Below, in pieces: positions 63,401 to 64,000 of a stretch of 64,000 nt of DNA (position 1 is its first letter; each line of letters begins with the position of its first letter). The notes under the pieces were generated by a model. That model made no database searches. It worked only from the letters and a program-made list of their open reading frames with translations, and was not told the origin of the DNA. Source of the DNA: Chiloscyllium plagiosum (lineage: Eukaryota). The stretch lies in contig NC_057752.1 in NCBI RefSeq assembly GCF_004010195.1, forward strand, positions 826,123 through 890,122, in the 5' to 3' direction. The position numbers were made by a program, and so were the translations under genes.

Positions 63401-64000
63401 CAACCCTCTGCAAAAGTGAGTTTAGTTTTTGGACAGTAGTTGGGCCTGGGAGCATGACTTGTTTAACTGATCTGCCATGGATTTTAGAAGCATGTTATAT
63501 GCCTCATGCTGAGGCTGGATGCGGACAGTGCAGTTTGTTTTCATTAACGTAACTTTAAGGATTTAATAACGTTTTCTTCCTAAGACTGTGGACCTACATG
63601 GGGTCTTCTAATTCCTGAAAGGCACTAGCTATTGGGAGATACAATAGCTTTCTGTAAATTGTCTAAGATTCCTCTTTGGAGGAAAGTGCAGTTTGAGAGA
63701 CTGCAGAGGGTTACTTAGTTTGCTGCTGACAGAGCTGTCAATGTTTGGTGTTTTGTCCTGTTTTTGGATCTGCTCATTGCCACATAACTCCCACTCTTGC
63801 TGTCCAGAAGTCCTCTGCTGTGGCGGCTTGGAGCTATAGGTTCTGCACCTTAGTTTCGCTATCTCTTGCTGACAATTAGTCGGCAGTCCAGCCAATATCT
63901 TCCTACTGTGTTTCTTTGCGTCACTGTTTGCCTACAGCTGTATTTTTCTTATTTCTCAATTGTTCTTCTGCCTCTTTGAAAATAAAACAAGACTGTGTAG

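Overview
This is AT-rich, repeat-dense vertebrate DNA, most likely from a shark. The inference rests on HE1-type tRNA SINEs, HER1/CR1 LINEs, Deu-domain SINEs and Penelope-like elements. Three plus-strand genes are present. (1) The last six coding exons of AGAP2/PIKE (7266-22405; PH C-terminus, ArfGAP zinc finger, ankyrin repeats), including a 60-nt cassette exon resembling the PIKE-L insert. (2) A single-coding-exon ZBTB39 (43621-45759), with a candidate CpG-rich promoter at about 36-37 kb (46-bp minisatellite, (GGGGCC)7) and a decayed partial copy of its own CDS just downstream. (3) A small HIGD1C-like gene not recovered as a gene by the ORF track, whose first and last coding exons are intact but whose middle transmembrane exon I could not find. 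The most striking non-genic signal is at least three families of Penelope-like terminal repeats carrying minimal hammerhead ribozyme motifs (CUGANGA-stem-GAAAC-NUH) with covarying helices. They often sit in inverted (palindromic) insertions bounded by 10-16 bp target-site duplications (TSDs). A 5S rRNA-HE1 SINE chimera lies inside a four-layer nested insertion. All gene and repeat names come from recalled similarity, not database searches, and boundaries of old repeats are approximate.
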